Below are positions 1-9,898 of a stretch of DNA of 64,000 bases, piece by piece. Source of the stretch: an uncultured Gemmataceae bacterium (GTDB lineage Bacteria > Planctomycetota > Planctomycetia > Gemmatales > Gemmataceae); the NCBI GenBank assembly GCA_963750165.1, contig CAVVPN010000011.1:96001-160000 (forward strand). The letters run 5' to 3'. The translations under genes were made by a program, and so were the position numbers. How positions within the stretch are numbered: the stretch's first letter is position 1; each line of letters starts with the position of its first letter. Below the pieces are notes generated by a model. It saw nothing but the letters and a program-made list of their open reading frames with translations. It ran no database searches and was not told the DNA's origin.

Positions 1-49
1 AGAGCATTTTGCTAAAGTTTGGCGCCGCGCCGACCGACAGGGTGGGAAC

Positions 50-105
50 TGCAGATGGCAAATTGAAAGACAATGGGCTTTCTGTCCTTCAATTTGCCAT
101 CTGCA
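50..105. repeat. Imperfect inverted-repeat hairpin just after the stop of the 109..546 gene
   Basis: TGCAGATGGCAAATTGAAAGACA (50-72) pairs with TGTCCTTCAATTTGCCATCTGCA (83-105), one mismatch. Confidence 0.7.
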
Positions 106-108
106 ATT

Positions 109-546
109 TCAAGAAGAGGGTTCGTTCTGCGACCCGGCCTCGGCGAGCGGCGCGACGAGGTTGAGGATATTGCCGATCTGGCCCAGGCGCATGCCGTAGC
201 GGTCCAGGAAGTCCTGCAAGATGTAATCGCTCTCGAAAGCGTCGGGGCCGTTCTGGCGCAGTTCCTCGACCAGGGCGGCGATGACGGCGCCATAGGCCCG
301 CTCCAGGATGGGCAGCGCTTGACGGCAAGCGTCGGGCAGTTCGGGGAAGTCCTGCTTCCAGCGCGCCACCAGGGCACGCCAGCGCGCCGAGGTGTCGTGG
401 GCGGCGGCGGTGGCCTGGAGCTGGGCCAGCTGTTCGCGCTGCACGTCCAGTAACTGGCGCACCAGGTCAGTCAATTCCGCGGGCGAGGGGGCCGGCGGCG
501 GTGACGGCGGCGTACTGGAACCGACGTCAAACTGCGATGATTGCAT
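109..546 (-). CDS. Hypothetical helical protein
   Basis: ORF 109..564; ATG at 546 (MQSSQF); protein-like composition (LQDFLDRYGMRLGQ). Confidence 0.75.
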   Translation of the reverse strand: MQSSQFDVGSSTPPSPPPAPSPAELTDLVRQLLDVQREQLAQLQATAAAHDTSARWRALVARWKQDFPELPDACRQALPILERAYGAVIAALVEELRQNGPDAFESDYILQDFLDRYGMRLGQIGNILNLVAPLAEAGSQNEPSS

Positions 547-654
547 GACGGCCTCAATCGGCACGGGGGCTGCTTCGCGGTGAAGGCACTCTGTCCTCCG
601 TTATAGCAGGACACTGCCCCGGGCGAAAGATGCCGGCTCCAGAGGTCGGTTCGT

Positions 655-1017
655 TTACACCAACCCGCGCAGGTCGTCATCGCTGAGCGGTTCGGCGAAC
701 TCGCAGCCGATCATCCAGGTGCCGTCGGCGCGGTCGGTGACGTGGGCGACCCGCACCAGGAACGTGCGCACCTCCGGGCCGTCCTCCAGGGCCACGGCCA
801 GAAAAGTGCCAAGCTGGAACGGGAAGCACAGCAGCAGACCGACGCCGCCGCGTGACACGTCCACGACGGTCGCCCCCCAGCTGATGACGCTGGCCGGGTC
901 CAGCGGCCGCGACAGGGCCTCGCGCTCACAGGCGTATCGGACGTTGGCGCGGCGGTCAGTGGTGGGGGCCGGGGTGGGGCGGCTCGTCGCCGCGACGGGG
1001 GCAGAGGTGGGATTCAT
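655..1017 (-). CDS. PilZ domain protein (c-di-GMP receptor)
   Basis: RRxxxR (DRRANVRY) and DxSxxG (DVSRGG) motifs; IGCEF end; start codon uncertain (1017 or 1059). Confidence 0.85.
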   Translation of the reverse strand: MNPTSAPVAATSRPTPAPTTDRRANVRYACEREALSRPLDPASVISWGATVVDVSRGGVGLLLCFPFQLGTFLAVALEDGPEVRTFLVRVAHVTDRADGTWMIGCEFAEPLSDDDLRGLV

Positions 1018-1204
1018 GGATGCCTCTTCTGGGACGATGTTTGGGACGCCACGGGCCACCTAAAATTAGGTCACGACCCGAAAACTGTCAAATCGGTCAG
1101 CGGCGGCCGAGGACGCGCAGCAGGGCATCGCGCTGAGTGCCGGTGCAGGTGGGGGGCCTTCAGCAAATCGACCAGAGCGGTTCGCGAATGACAGGCGCAC
1201 ACGA

Positions 1205-1264
1205 CGTGGCACGGCTCTCCAGAGCCGTGCGGTTTCCACCACGGCTCTGGAGAGCCGTGCCACG
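1205..1264. repeat. REP-like inverted doublet
   Basis: CGTGGCACGGCTCTCCAGAGCCGTG followed by its exact reverse complement CACGGCTCTGGAGAGCCGTGCCACG. Confidence 0.85.
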
Positions 1265-1297
1265 ATTTGTGGTGCACGCGCTTGCGAACCGCTCGAG

Positions 1298-1342
1298 AGC
1301 GCGTTGCGTTCGGGTGTGGCGGGTTCTTCGCCCCTTCGGGGC
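1298..1342 (-). repeat. 45-bp dispersed repeat: GCCCC-NNN-GGGGC hairpin plus flank; second copy at 38584-38628
   Basis: Reverse complement matches 38584-38628 at 38/45 nt by manual alignment. Confidence 0.75.
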
Positions 1343-1476
1343 GAAAGACACGACCGCTACAGTCGTCTGCCAACCGCTCCAGTGATTGCGTCGGCAAGGG
1401 TTCGGCCAGTGCCGCCACGGTCGGGCCAGCCGAAGGACAAGGTGGAACTGCGAACAAAGACGGCGCTACCCGCTTC

Positions 1477-2737
1477 TCAGCGCTGGGCGTCCGGCAATGG
1501 GGTGCTGAGGCGGCGGACATACCAGCGGAAGAACGCTTCCAGGTTATACTCGCGCTCGCGCGACAGCGGGCCGGGTCGGTACGCGCTCGAATCGACGCCG
1601 CGCTGCGTCATCTCGCACAGCTGCCAGTCCTGCTCGGAGGTCAGTTGCCAGAACGGCAGCAACTCTTCCAGGGTGTAATCCTTCCCTTCGCGGGCGTCGC
1701 GGTCCACGAGCCAGTAAACCGTTGCCAGGGTCCGGCGCGGGCCGGCCGGCAGCAGCCGCGTCGTGACGCCGTGGTCGCAACTGGTGTGGTTCCAGAAGTT
1801 CGGCAGCGCCCGCAGTCGCAGCACACCCACGTCCGCCTCACCGGGGCCACCCAGCAGCGGGCCAATGCGGCGGCCGTCGAGCGATTCTGTCTGGTAACCG
1901 TCCGCCAGCACCGTGCGCGTGGCCGAGAACCAGGTGTCGCCCTCGGGGAACGCGGCCAGACCGCCGCCGGCGTGGGTGGCCGACCAGACGCTGTCCTGCC
2001 ACCGCGCCGCGTGCCGCGCCTGCGCCGCTTCCGCCCGCCGCCGCGGCCCCGCGCCTATGTCGGGCCCCTCGATCACGTCGAAATTCGAGCGAACATACTG
2101 CGGGTGGTTGACGTCACAATGGTAGCACTCGCGGTTGTTCTCCCACACGAGCTTCCAGTCGGCGTGAATCTCGTAGTCGATGGCGTGCGCCACCCGGGCG
2201 CGTTCGAGGTCCTGCGGCCCGGCCAGGCGGCCGAACAGCGCTGCCGCCGGCGCGAACGGCGGCGGCGACTCCGCCAGGGACACGAAGATCAGGCCAGCTG
2301 CTGTCCCGACCGCCAGCGGCCGCAGCGCCAGCGGGCCGCGGTCCAGGTCGGCGTGCATGCCGCGGCAGGCGAGTAAGGTGCCGTTGAGCGCAAAGGCCCA
2401 CTGATGGTACGGACAGACGATGGCGGCACCGACCGAGCCGGCCGGCTGCTGACACAGCACCATGCCGCGATGCGTGCAGACGTTATGGAAGGCGCGGATG
2501 ACGCCGGCGCTGTCGCGCAGCACGACCACCGGGTCGGTGTCCACGGTCAGGGTGAAGTAATCGCCGGGGCGGGCGAGCTGGCAAGTGTGGCCGGCGAACA
2601 GCCAGCCGGTGCGCCAGATGGCGGCCATTTCGGCGGCGTACACCTCGGGGGCGTGGTAAAAGCCGCGGGGCAGTCCAGAACCCTCCTGCCGGGCAGCGAG
2701 CAGTCTGTGCCAGGATACCGTCGGTCGATACGTTCAT
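1477..2737 (-). CDS. Rieske non-heme iron oxygenase alpha subunit, glycine betaine/stachydrine demethylase (GbcA)-like; apparent frameshift near 2705
   Basis: Rieske motifs CTHRG and CPYHQW; Fe site ENNRECYHCDVNH; QDWQLCE; N-terminal GLPRGFYH lies in frame upstream of 2643, while ATG 2737 is one base out of frame. Confidence 0.85.
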
Positions 2738-3062
2738 GAGCCCTACAATCGCGGTGCGGCCGGCAACGTCGGCCTCGGTTCGATGGGTGGCGGAACCCGG
2801 AGAACCCTCGTCCTCGGACCGCCGAACGTAAGTTCTTATTTAAGCACAGGCTGGGGCCGCCGGGTCAAGGACGATTTGCGTAATTCACCCGACCGTTTCC
2901 GCAAACGCTGGCCGCAGGACCGGAAATCTCCGTGCCCGGCGGATCGTGAAGGAGCGGTGGTTATGCGATGAGGGCTGCGTAAAGATCCGGAGAGAGAATC
3001 AGACAGCGATTCCCCCTACCACCCGACCCAGCATATAAAAATGGAAACGAGGGAGTCCGCTC

Positions 3063-4265
3063 ATGGCCGGGCAGCGGAAAACAGTGGCGGTGCTGATCGA
3101 CACGTCCAGCTCCTGGGGTTCGTGTCTCATTCAGGGCGTGGCGCGGTACGGGGAGCAGCACGGCGCCTGGACGCTGCATCTGGGCCAGCACGGCAAACAC
3201 GAGCTGCAATCGCTGCCGCAAGATGAGCGTCTCGACGGCTGCATTGCCCGTGTCACCAACGCCGCCCTGGCCGAGACGATTCGCGCGGCGCAACTGCCGA
3301 CGGTCAATGTGTCGTGGTCGCGGCACGGCGAGGGCCACATCCCGACCTGCACGGCGGACGGCCGCGCCGCTGGCGAACTGGCCGCCCGCTACTTCCTGGA
3401 GCGCGGCCACACGCAGTTCGGCTACTACGGTCTGCCGCCCTCGGCCACCTACCGCAACGACTTCCGCGACTCGTTCCTGGAGACCGTCGCCGGCGTCGGC
3501 CACCCCGCCACGGTGCTGGAGGCGCCGCACCTGACCTGCTGCGAGGAGGCGGTGCGGTCCCGGCAGTTGCGCGACTGGATCACGGCCCTGGAGAAGCCGG
3601 CCGCGGTGGTCGCCTTCGACTCCCGGTTCGGCCGCGAGGTGACCGAGGCGTGTGCGCACTCGGCGGTAAGGGTGCCCGAGGACGTGTCGGTGCTGGCCGG
3701 CGAGTTCGACGAGCTGTTCAGCAGCGTTTCGGTGCCGCGGCTCTCGGCCATCGACCTGGGACCGCGGCGCATCGGCTTCGAGGCGGCGGGACTGCTCGCC
3801 CGGTTGATGGACGGCGCCGCGGCTCCGGACGGCCCGGTGTTCATTGCGCCGACCGGCATCCTGGCGTACCAGTCCACGGACACGCTGGCCATTGCCGACC
3901 CGGTGCTGCGTGAGGCCCTGCACTACATCCGCGCCCACGCCGCCGACCCGATCCAGGTTACCGACGTGGTCAAGCACGTCGCCATGTCGCGGCGGCTGCT
4001 GGAGCAGCGCTTCCGCGTCGCGCTGAAGCGCTCGCCGGCCGCGGAAATCCGCCGCGTGCGTCTGGAACGTTCGCGACTGTTGCTGGAGGATCCCGGCCTG
4101 AGCATCCGCTCAGTGGCCACGCGCAGCGGCTTCGAGCACCCGGAGGTCTTCGCGCGCGTGTTCCGGCGGGAGTTCGGCGTCACGCCGTCGGACTATCGGC
4201 TGCGGGGGGCGCCGGACCTGCTCCGCTGTCTACCGGGCGAGCGGCCGGCGCCGGGGACGCTTTAA
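3063..4265 (+). CDS. XylR-type transcriptional regulator (LacI-like sensor domain plus AraC HTH)
   Basis: VAVLIDTSSSWG; VRVPEDVSV; C-terminal SRRLLEQRF...VATRSGF...FRREFGVTPSDYR. Confidence 0.9.
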   Translation: MAGQRKTVAVLIDTSSSWGSCLIQGVARYGEQHGAWTLHLGQHGKHELQSLPQDERLDGCIARVTNAALAETIRAAQLPTVNVSWSRHGEGHIPTCTADGRAAGELAARYFLERGHTQFGYYGLPPSATYRNDFRDSFLETVAGVGHPATVLEAPHLTCCEEAVRSRQLRDWITALEKPAAVVAFDSRFGREVTEACAHSAVRVPEDVSVLAGEFDELFSSVSVPRLSAIDLGPRRIGFEAAGLLARLMDGAAAPDGPVFIAPTGILAYQSTDTLAIADPVLREALHYIRAHAADPIQVTDVVKHVAMSRRLLEQRFRVALKRSPAAEIRRVRLERSRLLLEDPGLSIRSVATRSGFEHPEVFARVFRREFGVTPSDYRLRGAPDLLRCLPGERPAPGTL

Positions 4266-4292
4266 GCGTTGACGGACAAAACGCGCACGTCC

Positions 4293-4360
4293 GGCGAGCG
4301 GCGCGGCGTCAGCCCGCCGGTAACTCGAAGTACCGGCGGGCTGATGCCGCGCCGCTCGCC
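4293..4360. repeat. REP-like doublet, family A
   Basis: GGCGAGCGGCGCGGCGTCAGCCCGCCGGT...ACCGGCGGGCTGATGCCGCGCCGCTCGCC; other copies at 23130, 26795 and 51871/52035. Confidence 0.9.
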
Positions 4361-4423
4361 ACATGCCAGAGGCACACCTACCCCGTCCTGCCGCTCCGGG
4401 TCGCGCCGTGCCACCCACCGTGG

Positions 4424-4494
4424 GCCAGGCGATGACATCTCGACGTGTAAAAAAGTTGGCCCCCTTGGCCTCCTTGGCCCCCTTGCTCTGACAA
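4424..4494 (-). repeat. Non-palindromic ~70-bp dispersed repeat with (GCCAAGGNN)x3; second copy at 13090-13160
   Basis: Reverse complement aligns ungapped to 13090-13160 at about 61/71 nt. Confidence 0.8.
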
Positions 4495-4544
4495 CCGACG
4501 CCCCACACTGACAGCCCGTGCCAGCTTTGGGAACGGCCCGCCCC

Positions 4545-5585
4545 TCACCGCGCCGCCGCTGCCCGTCGCATCAGCACGCCCAGCGCGTCCACCAGCGCCT
4601 CCAGCACCAGCACCAGTTGCACGTAGCGTTCGATCTGCGTCTCCGCTTCCAGGCAGCGCTCGATCATGTCGAGCAGTTGGTCTGCGTCCACACGCTCCGT
4701 CAGCGCCTGGAGGCGGCGCAGGTCGTCCGGTTCCGCCAGGCGCGGCGCCGTGCCCAGCGCCACCGCGACGGCGTCGCGCAGGAATTCGATGAGCAACCGC
4801 ACCACCAGGGCCGCGCGCCGCCGCTGCGCCGCCGACTCCTTGCCCGCCTCCTCGACGAACTCCATGAAGGCCCGGCTCAGCGCGACCACATCGGCGTCGG
4901 GCCGCACCAGTTGCTCCAGGAATGTTTCACGGAACGCCCACAATTCCGGATCCGCCAGCGCCAGCGCCTGACCGGGGCTGCCGTCCGCCAGTCGCGCCAG
5001 CCGCGGCACCAGCGCCGGGTCGAGGTCGGCGTGCTGCCGCAGCAGTTCCAGCACCAGCGGCCCCGGCAGCGGCGCGAAGCGCACCACCTGGCAGCGCGAC
5101 ACGATGGTCGAGAGTTGTCGTTCCAGGCTGGTGCCGATCAGGATGAACAGCGACCGCGGCGGCGGTTCTTCGAGTGTCTTGAGGAAGCAGTTGGCCGAGG
5201 CGTCGTTGAGGTCGTCGGCGTCGTCGAGGACAGCGATTTTGCCGTGACCGCGGGCAGTCCTGAGCGTGAAGCCGCGGCACAGTTCGCGCATCACTTCGAT
5301 GGGCACGTCATTGCTATCCGGCGGCCGGCCGACCAGGAAAAAGTCGGGGTGCGTGCCGCCGTCCATGAAGTGGCAACTGGGACAGGCGTCGCAGGCGGCT
5401 AGCGGCGCGTCGGGATCGGGGCGGCCCTCGCACAGCAGCGCCCGGGCCAGTTCCTCGGCGAACCGGCGCTTGCCGACGCCGGGCGGCCCGGTGAACAGGT
5501 AGGCGTGCGCCAGCCGGCCGCGCCGCCAGATTTGGTCAAACGCTTCCACCTGGGCCGGATGGCCGCGCACGCGCTGCCAGGACAC
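4545..5585 (-). CDS. holB: DNA polymerase III subunit delta-prime
   Basis: HAYLFTGPPGVGK, CxxCxxC zinc site, HPDF, ANCFLKTLEEPP, TIVSRCQ; directly downstream of tmk. Confidence 0.95.
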   Translation of the reverse strand: MSWQRVRGHPAQVEAFDQIWRRGRLAHAYLFTGPPGVGKRRFAEELARALLCEGRPDPDAPLAACDACPSCHFMDGGTHPDFFLVGRPPDSNDVPIEVMRELCRGFTLRTARGHGKIAVLDDADDLNDASANCFLKTLEEPPPRSLFILIGTSLERQLSTIVSRCQVVRFAPLPGPLVLELLRQHADLDPALVPRLARLADGSPGQALALADPELWAFRETFLEQLVRPDADVVALSRAFMEFVEEAGKESAAQRRRAALVVRLLIEFLRDAVAVALGTAPRLAEPDDLRRLQALTERVDADQLLDMIERCLEAETQIERYVQLVLVLEALVDALGVLMRRAAAAR

Positions 5586-6185
5586 GCTCCACCTCCTGTC
5601 GAATCAGTTGCTGGACCTCCTCCACCGAGCCGGCGGCGTTGAGCAGGCGCACGCGGTCGGGCCGTCGCCGGGCCTCCAGGATGAACCCCTGCCGCACCTT
5701 GAGGTGATAGGTTTCGTCGCGGCTCTCCACGCGATCCGCCGGCCGGTCGCGCCGCGCCAGCGCCAGCTCGACGGGCAGGTCGAGCACCAGCGTCACATCT
5801 GGCTCCAGGCCGCCGGTCGCCAGGTAGCCGACGTGCCACAATTCGTCCACATCAAGGCCGCCGGCGTAACCCTGGTAGACGACGTTGGCGAGCAGGTAGC
5901 GGTCGGAGACGACGACGTGCCCGGCGTCCAGGGCGGGGCGGATGACCTCGGTGGTCAACTGGCGCGGCTGGCCATGAACAGGAACATCTCCGCGGCCGGC
6001 GTCAGGGGCTCGCGACTGTCGAGGATGATGGCGCGGAGGCGGTCGCCGAGGGCGGTACCGCCGGGTTCGCGGCAGGCGACGACCGTTTCACCGCGGGCGC
6101 GCAGCCAGTCCACCAGCAACCGGCACTGGGTGGACTTGCCGGTGCCGTCGAGGCCGTCCAGGCACAGGAAGAGGCCACGGGACAT
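5536..6185 (-). CDS. tmk: Thymidylate kinase; apparent single-base frameshift near 5961
   Basis: DGLDGTGKSTQ P-loop, REPGGT and LFMASRA in one frame; VVSDRY...YQG and PDVTLVLD in the next. Confidence 0.92.
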
Positions 6186-6304
6186 GCGGTAGTTCCAGGG
6201 CGATTCGTTCCTTCGCTCGCGCCGCCGTACAAACAACTCAGCCCGGCGGGCCGGGCGGAGGTTGTGTTTGATAGAGTGCTCCCTGAGCTATTCTATTCTG
6301 AGAT

Positions 6305-7746
6305 TCACATCAGTCCGCTGATTGGTTCGCCGTGGTAGATGAAGTGCGGCCGGTTGGCCGGGTCGTGCCAGGCGGCAGTGCGCGGGATGCCCAGCGCCTC
6401 GTAAATCGTCGCGCCGAGGTTCTCCGGCGTATGCGGGCAGGTCGCGGGATAGGCGCCAATGCGATCCGACGAGCCGACCACCGTGCCGCCGCGCACGCCG
6501 CCGCCCGCGAAGAACACCGTCTGCACCGCCCCCCAGTGGTCGCGCCCGGCAGCCGCACGCCCGCCAGTGTGAAGACCCGCGGCGTCCGTCCGAACTCGCC
6601 CGCCATCACGATCAGCGTCTCGTCCAGCAGGCCCGCCGCTTGCAGGTCGTCCAGCAGCGCCGACACCGCCCGGTCGGTTGGCGGCAACAGCTTGTCGCGC
6701 AGGTTCGGGAACGCCGCCTGGTGCGTGTCCCACGTCTCATTATTGCCCAGGTGGACCTGCACCAGATTGACACCCGCCTCCACCAGCCGCCGGGCCATCA
6801 GCAGCGAGTAGCCGAACAGGTTGCGGCCGTAGCGCTCCAGCACCGGCGCCGGACTATTCAGCACATCGAAGGCCCGCCGTGTCCGCGGGTCCGCCAGCAG
6901 GCTGAGTGCGTTCTGGCGATGGCGGTCTAGCGCCTGCGTGCTCGCCTGCCGCTCCAGGTCGCGGCGCTGGGCGTCGATGTGGTTCAGCAGGCCGAGGCGA
7001 TCCGTCAGCCGGCGGGCGCTGAGGTTATCCGGCAGCGTCAGATTCGGGGCCTGGAAGGTCAGGTGCGGCGGGTGCGTGTGCGGCACCTGGTCGTGGCGGA
7101 AGCAGTTGGGACAGGGGCCGTAGACGGCCTCGCCACAATCGTGGGCGGCGCGGACCACCCACGGATCCCAGCGTGGCCCCAGCTGGCCGGCGAACTGGCC
7201 GGGGATGACGCGGCCGGTGCGATGCACCAGCGTGAACGGCAGCACCACCGCCGGCGGCAGGTTGTGGCGCGGCTGCGTGGCGTAGCCGGCCACCGCCGCG
7301 ATGGACGGCCAATCGCCTGGCAGCGGCGTGTTCTGATTGAAGCCCGGCGGCAGCGGTGTGCGGCCGGTCATCATCATGTGATGCCCCATCGAGTGGTTGT
7401 TGCTCGGGTGCGTCAGCGACCTGCACAGCGCCCACAGGTGGCTGCGCTGCGCCAGCAACGGCAAGTGCTCGCAGATGTGGACGCCCGGCGTGCGCGTGGC
7501 GGTGGGCCGGAATTCGCCGCGGATCGTGTCGGGGGCATTGGGCTTCAGATCGAAGCTGTCGTGCTGGGCCAGGCCGCCGGACAGGAAAATATAGATGATG
7601 CGGCGAGCGGCCGGCGTCCGGGCAGGCGGCTGGTCGGCGTGCAGGGCGGCCAGGTCGCCGGAGCCCAGGCCGAGCAGACCGACGGTGCCGGCCTGGAGCA
7701 ACGTGCGTCGGGAAAACTGCGGGTGTTGCGGCTGGTTGGCGGACAC
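6305..7746 (-). CDS. DUF1501 domain protein with Tat-like signal; frameshift near 6545
   Basis: SRRTLLQAG, IFLSGGLAQHDSFDLKP, ARRLVEAGV, WDTH, GEFGRTP; GRDHW continues in the adjacent frame. Confidence 0.9.
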
Positions 7747-8164
7747 CGAGGCACCTCGTCGGTGGGAAGGTTCAGGGGCTACGGCGGGCTTCTCCTTGCA
7801 GCGTAATGCACGCGGCGGCGGTCGTGCAACGGAATAATGCCCGCGAAACAAAAACGGGCTCGGCAGCCTGGCGCCTGACCAGCGCCTGTCTCCCGCCTGA
7901 GGGCGATTTGCTCGTGGCGTCGTACACGGAGAATCCGTACGTCGGACTTGTGGCGGGTCAGTCCACGGACTGGTAGGATTATCATCAAATGTCGGTGATT
8001 TATCGCAAACAGGGTCGTCCGGTGCCGCAGTGTTGGCAGGGGAAGGTACCGGCTTGCACGGAGGCGACGGCGACTCACGCCCAGGGACGAAACCGCAAGA
8101 AGCAGTGCCGGCCCGGCGGTGGCGGTGGTACAATGGCATGCACGATTTTCTGGAGGGCATCGTC

Positions 8165-8451
8165 ATGACCACCGTGCTGGCCGTTTACGAAGGGGGCGTG
8201 CTGCGCCCGCGCAGCCGCTGCCGATTGCCGATGGGGAAACCGTTGAAGTCACCGTCGCCCAATCGAAGTTGCCGGCGGGTGAGTGGGAGCGGCAAATCCG
8301 CGCTGCCAAAACGATTCAGGAATGGGTCGCGCTGGCGAACGCTTGCCCGGACACGGCATCCGACTTCGACATCGTTCAGGCGCTGAACGATTCCCGCCGG
8401 CTGACCGGGTTCCGGTTACCCGATCCCGAACCGAATCAGGGATGGGTCGTG
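8165..8451 (+). CDS. Putative antitoxin (AF2212/DUF104-like); frameshift near 8209, 3' end approximate
   Basis: MTTVLAVYEGGVLRP then QPLPIADGETVEVTV in the next frame, matching the AVYENGVLKP family pattern. Confidence 0.7.
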
Positions 8452-8529
8452 AAACCGGTTGTGGTGCTTGATACTGGCCCCCTCGGATTCCTGACCAACC
8501 CGGATCCGAACGGAAGAAATGAGGAATGA
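8448..8529 (+). pseudogene. Truncated PIN-domain (VapC-like) toxin N-terminus
   Basis: GTG-KPVVVLDTGPLGFLTNP resembles a PIN N-terminus; ends after about 26 codons inside a repeat hairpin. Confidence 0.55.
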
Positions 8530-8584
8530 GGAATCAAAACCAATCCTTTGTCTTTGATTCCTCATTCTTCATTCCTCATTTCTT
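8514..8584. repeat. Heptamer-repeat (GAGGAAT) hairpin
   Basis: AAGAAATGAGGAATGAGGAATCAAA...TTTGATTCCTCATTCTTCATTCCTCATTTCTT. Confidence 0.8.
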
Positions 8585-9682
8585 TTTTGACACCTCGCAG
8601 TAGCTCAGCGCCAGCAGCGCAAACGACGTGGCGATGTTCGGGTCCGCCTCGCCGAAGGTCTTGTCCGTCTTGTTGCTCCAGCCGCCGTTCTTCTCCTGGC
8701 GCTTTTGCAGCGTCTGGAACAACTCCGTCCGCCAGGCGTGCTTCTTGCCGTCGGCGTCGGTGAACGGATCCTCGCCCAGCGCGTCCATCGCCTTGGCGAA
8801 GGTGTGGTAGTAGTAATACACGCCGCTCTGTCCCAGGCCGGGGTTCTCGCTCAGCGTGTAGTGCTTGCGGACCCACTGCACCGCCGCCTTGACGCGCACG
8901 TCTTCCTTGCTGACGCCGGCGTAGAGGAAGCTCTTCAGGCCGCCGTAGGTCATGCCGCCCGAGGAACGCAGGCCGCCGGCCGGCGTCGCGTGTTGCTTGT
9001 CGTCCGGGTCCGGCGCGTAGACGAAGCCGCCCAGATCGTCCTTGGACGCCTTGCGTGCCCAGCCCTGCTTGTTGTGCTCGCCCGGCAGATTCTGGCAGTT
9101 GCTGATGAACTTCAGCGCGTTCAGGATCGCCGGGTCCTTCTTGTCGATGCCCGCCGCAAGCATGGCCTCGACGCTGAAGTTGGTGTTCGACAGGTCCGGC
9201 CGCGACTTCTTGTCGTAGCCGAAGCCGCCGAAGAGGTTGGGCTTGTCCTCGCCGTGCTGGATGCCCTTGATGAAGTCGCCCGCGTTCTTGATGACATCGT
9301 CGTACTGGCCGCTCTTGTTCGCCTCCTTGAACGCCACGATGGCGATGCTCGTGGTGTAGTTGGCCAGGATCTTGTCATAGACGCCGCCGTCCTTCTGGAC
9401 CTTGCTCTTGAGGTAGCCTAGCGCCTTGACGACGACCGGCTCCTTCCGGCTGACGCCGTTCTTGAGCAGCGCCGCGACCACCAGCGCCGTCACGCCCGGC
9501 CCGGTGCGCTTGGCGGAGAAACTGCCGTCCGCGTCCTGCCGCGTCCGCAGGAACGCCAGCCCCTTGTCAAGCACCTGTTGGCGGTCCTTGGCATCGACTT
9601 TTTGCGGCGCGGCGCCCGCGCTCAGGACGCCACCGCTGAAGGCCAGTCCACTGAGCAATCCCGCAAGCCAGACGTGTCTCAT
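8576..9682 (-). CDS. Secreted prenyltransferase/squalene-cyclase-repeat protein
   Basis: Signal peptide; QW-like repeats RQDADGSF, VQKDGGVY, RQEKNGGW; PDLSNT; SSGGMTYGGLKS. Confidence 0.85.
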   Translation of the reverse strand: MRHVWLAGLLSGLAFSGGVLSAGAAPQKVDAKDRQQVLDKGLAFLRTRQDADGSFSAKRTGPGVTALVVAALLKNGVSRKEPVVVKALGYLKSKVQKDGGVYDKILANYTTSIAIVAFKEANKSGQYDDVIKNAGDFIKGIQHGEDKPNLFGGFGYDKKSRPDLSNTNFSVEAMLAAGIDKKDPAILNALKFISNCQNLPGEHNKQGWARKASKDDLGGFVYAPDPDDKQHATPAGGLRSSGGMTYGGLKSFLYAGVSKEDVRVKAAVQWVRKHYTLSENPGLGQSGVYYYYHTFAKAMDALGEDPFTDADGKKHAWRTELFQTLQKRQEKNGGWSNKTDKTFGEADPNIATSFALLALSYCEVSKKK

Positions 9683-9747
9683 CGCCTTCTCCTCGGGGTT
9701 CACGGTCGTTTCGGATAGCACCCATGCAAGCCGCGTGCCGGGGTCGA

Positions 9748-9787
9748 AGCCCGAGCGCCAGCGAGGGGCAGCGCTGGCGCTCGGGCT
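9748..9787. repeat. REP-like palindrome, family B
   Basis: AGCCCGAGCGCCAGCG...CGCTGGCGCTCGGGCT; relatives at 60074 and 62025. Confidence 0.8.
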
Positions 9788-9898
9788 CCGACCGCGCACG
9801 CCCTCGCCAGTCCTGCCGAATCTTTCGCCAGCCTTGCCCAGCTTCGTGCTGGCGGTGCGCTTGTAGCGATCCGGCGAATTGTCTATACTCTACCAAAG

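Noticed and set aside
5536..6185. tmk, gcvPA and others as pseudogenes or programmed frameshifts
   Set aside because: Both halves are intact, no slippery heptamer with a stimulator was seen, and the same indel pattern recurs across unrelated genes
8576..9682. Squalene-hopene cyclase or terpene biosynthetic cluster
   Set aside because: The protein is short, secreted, lacks the DxDD motif and has no isoprenoid pathway neighbours
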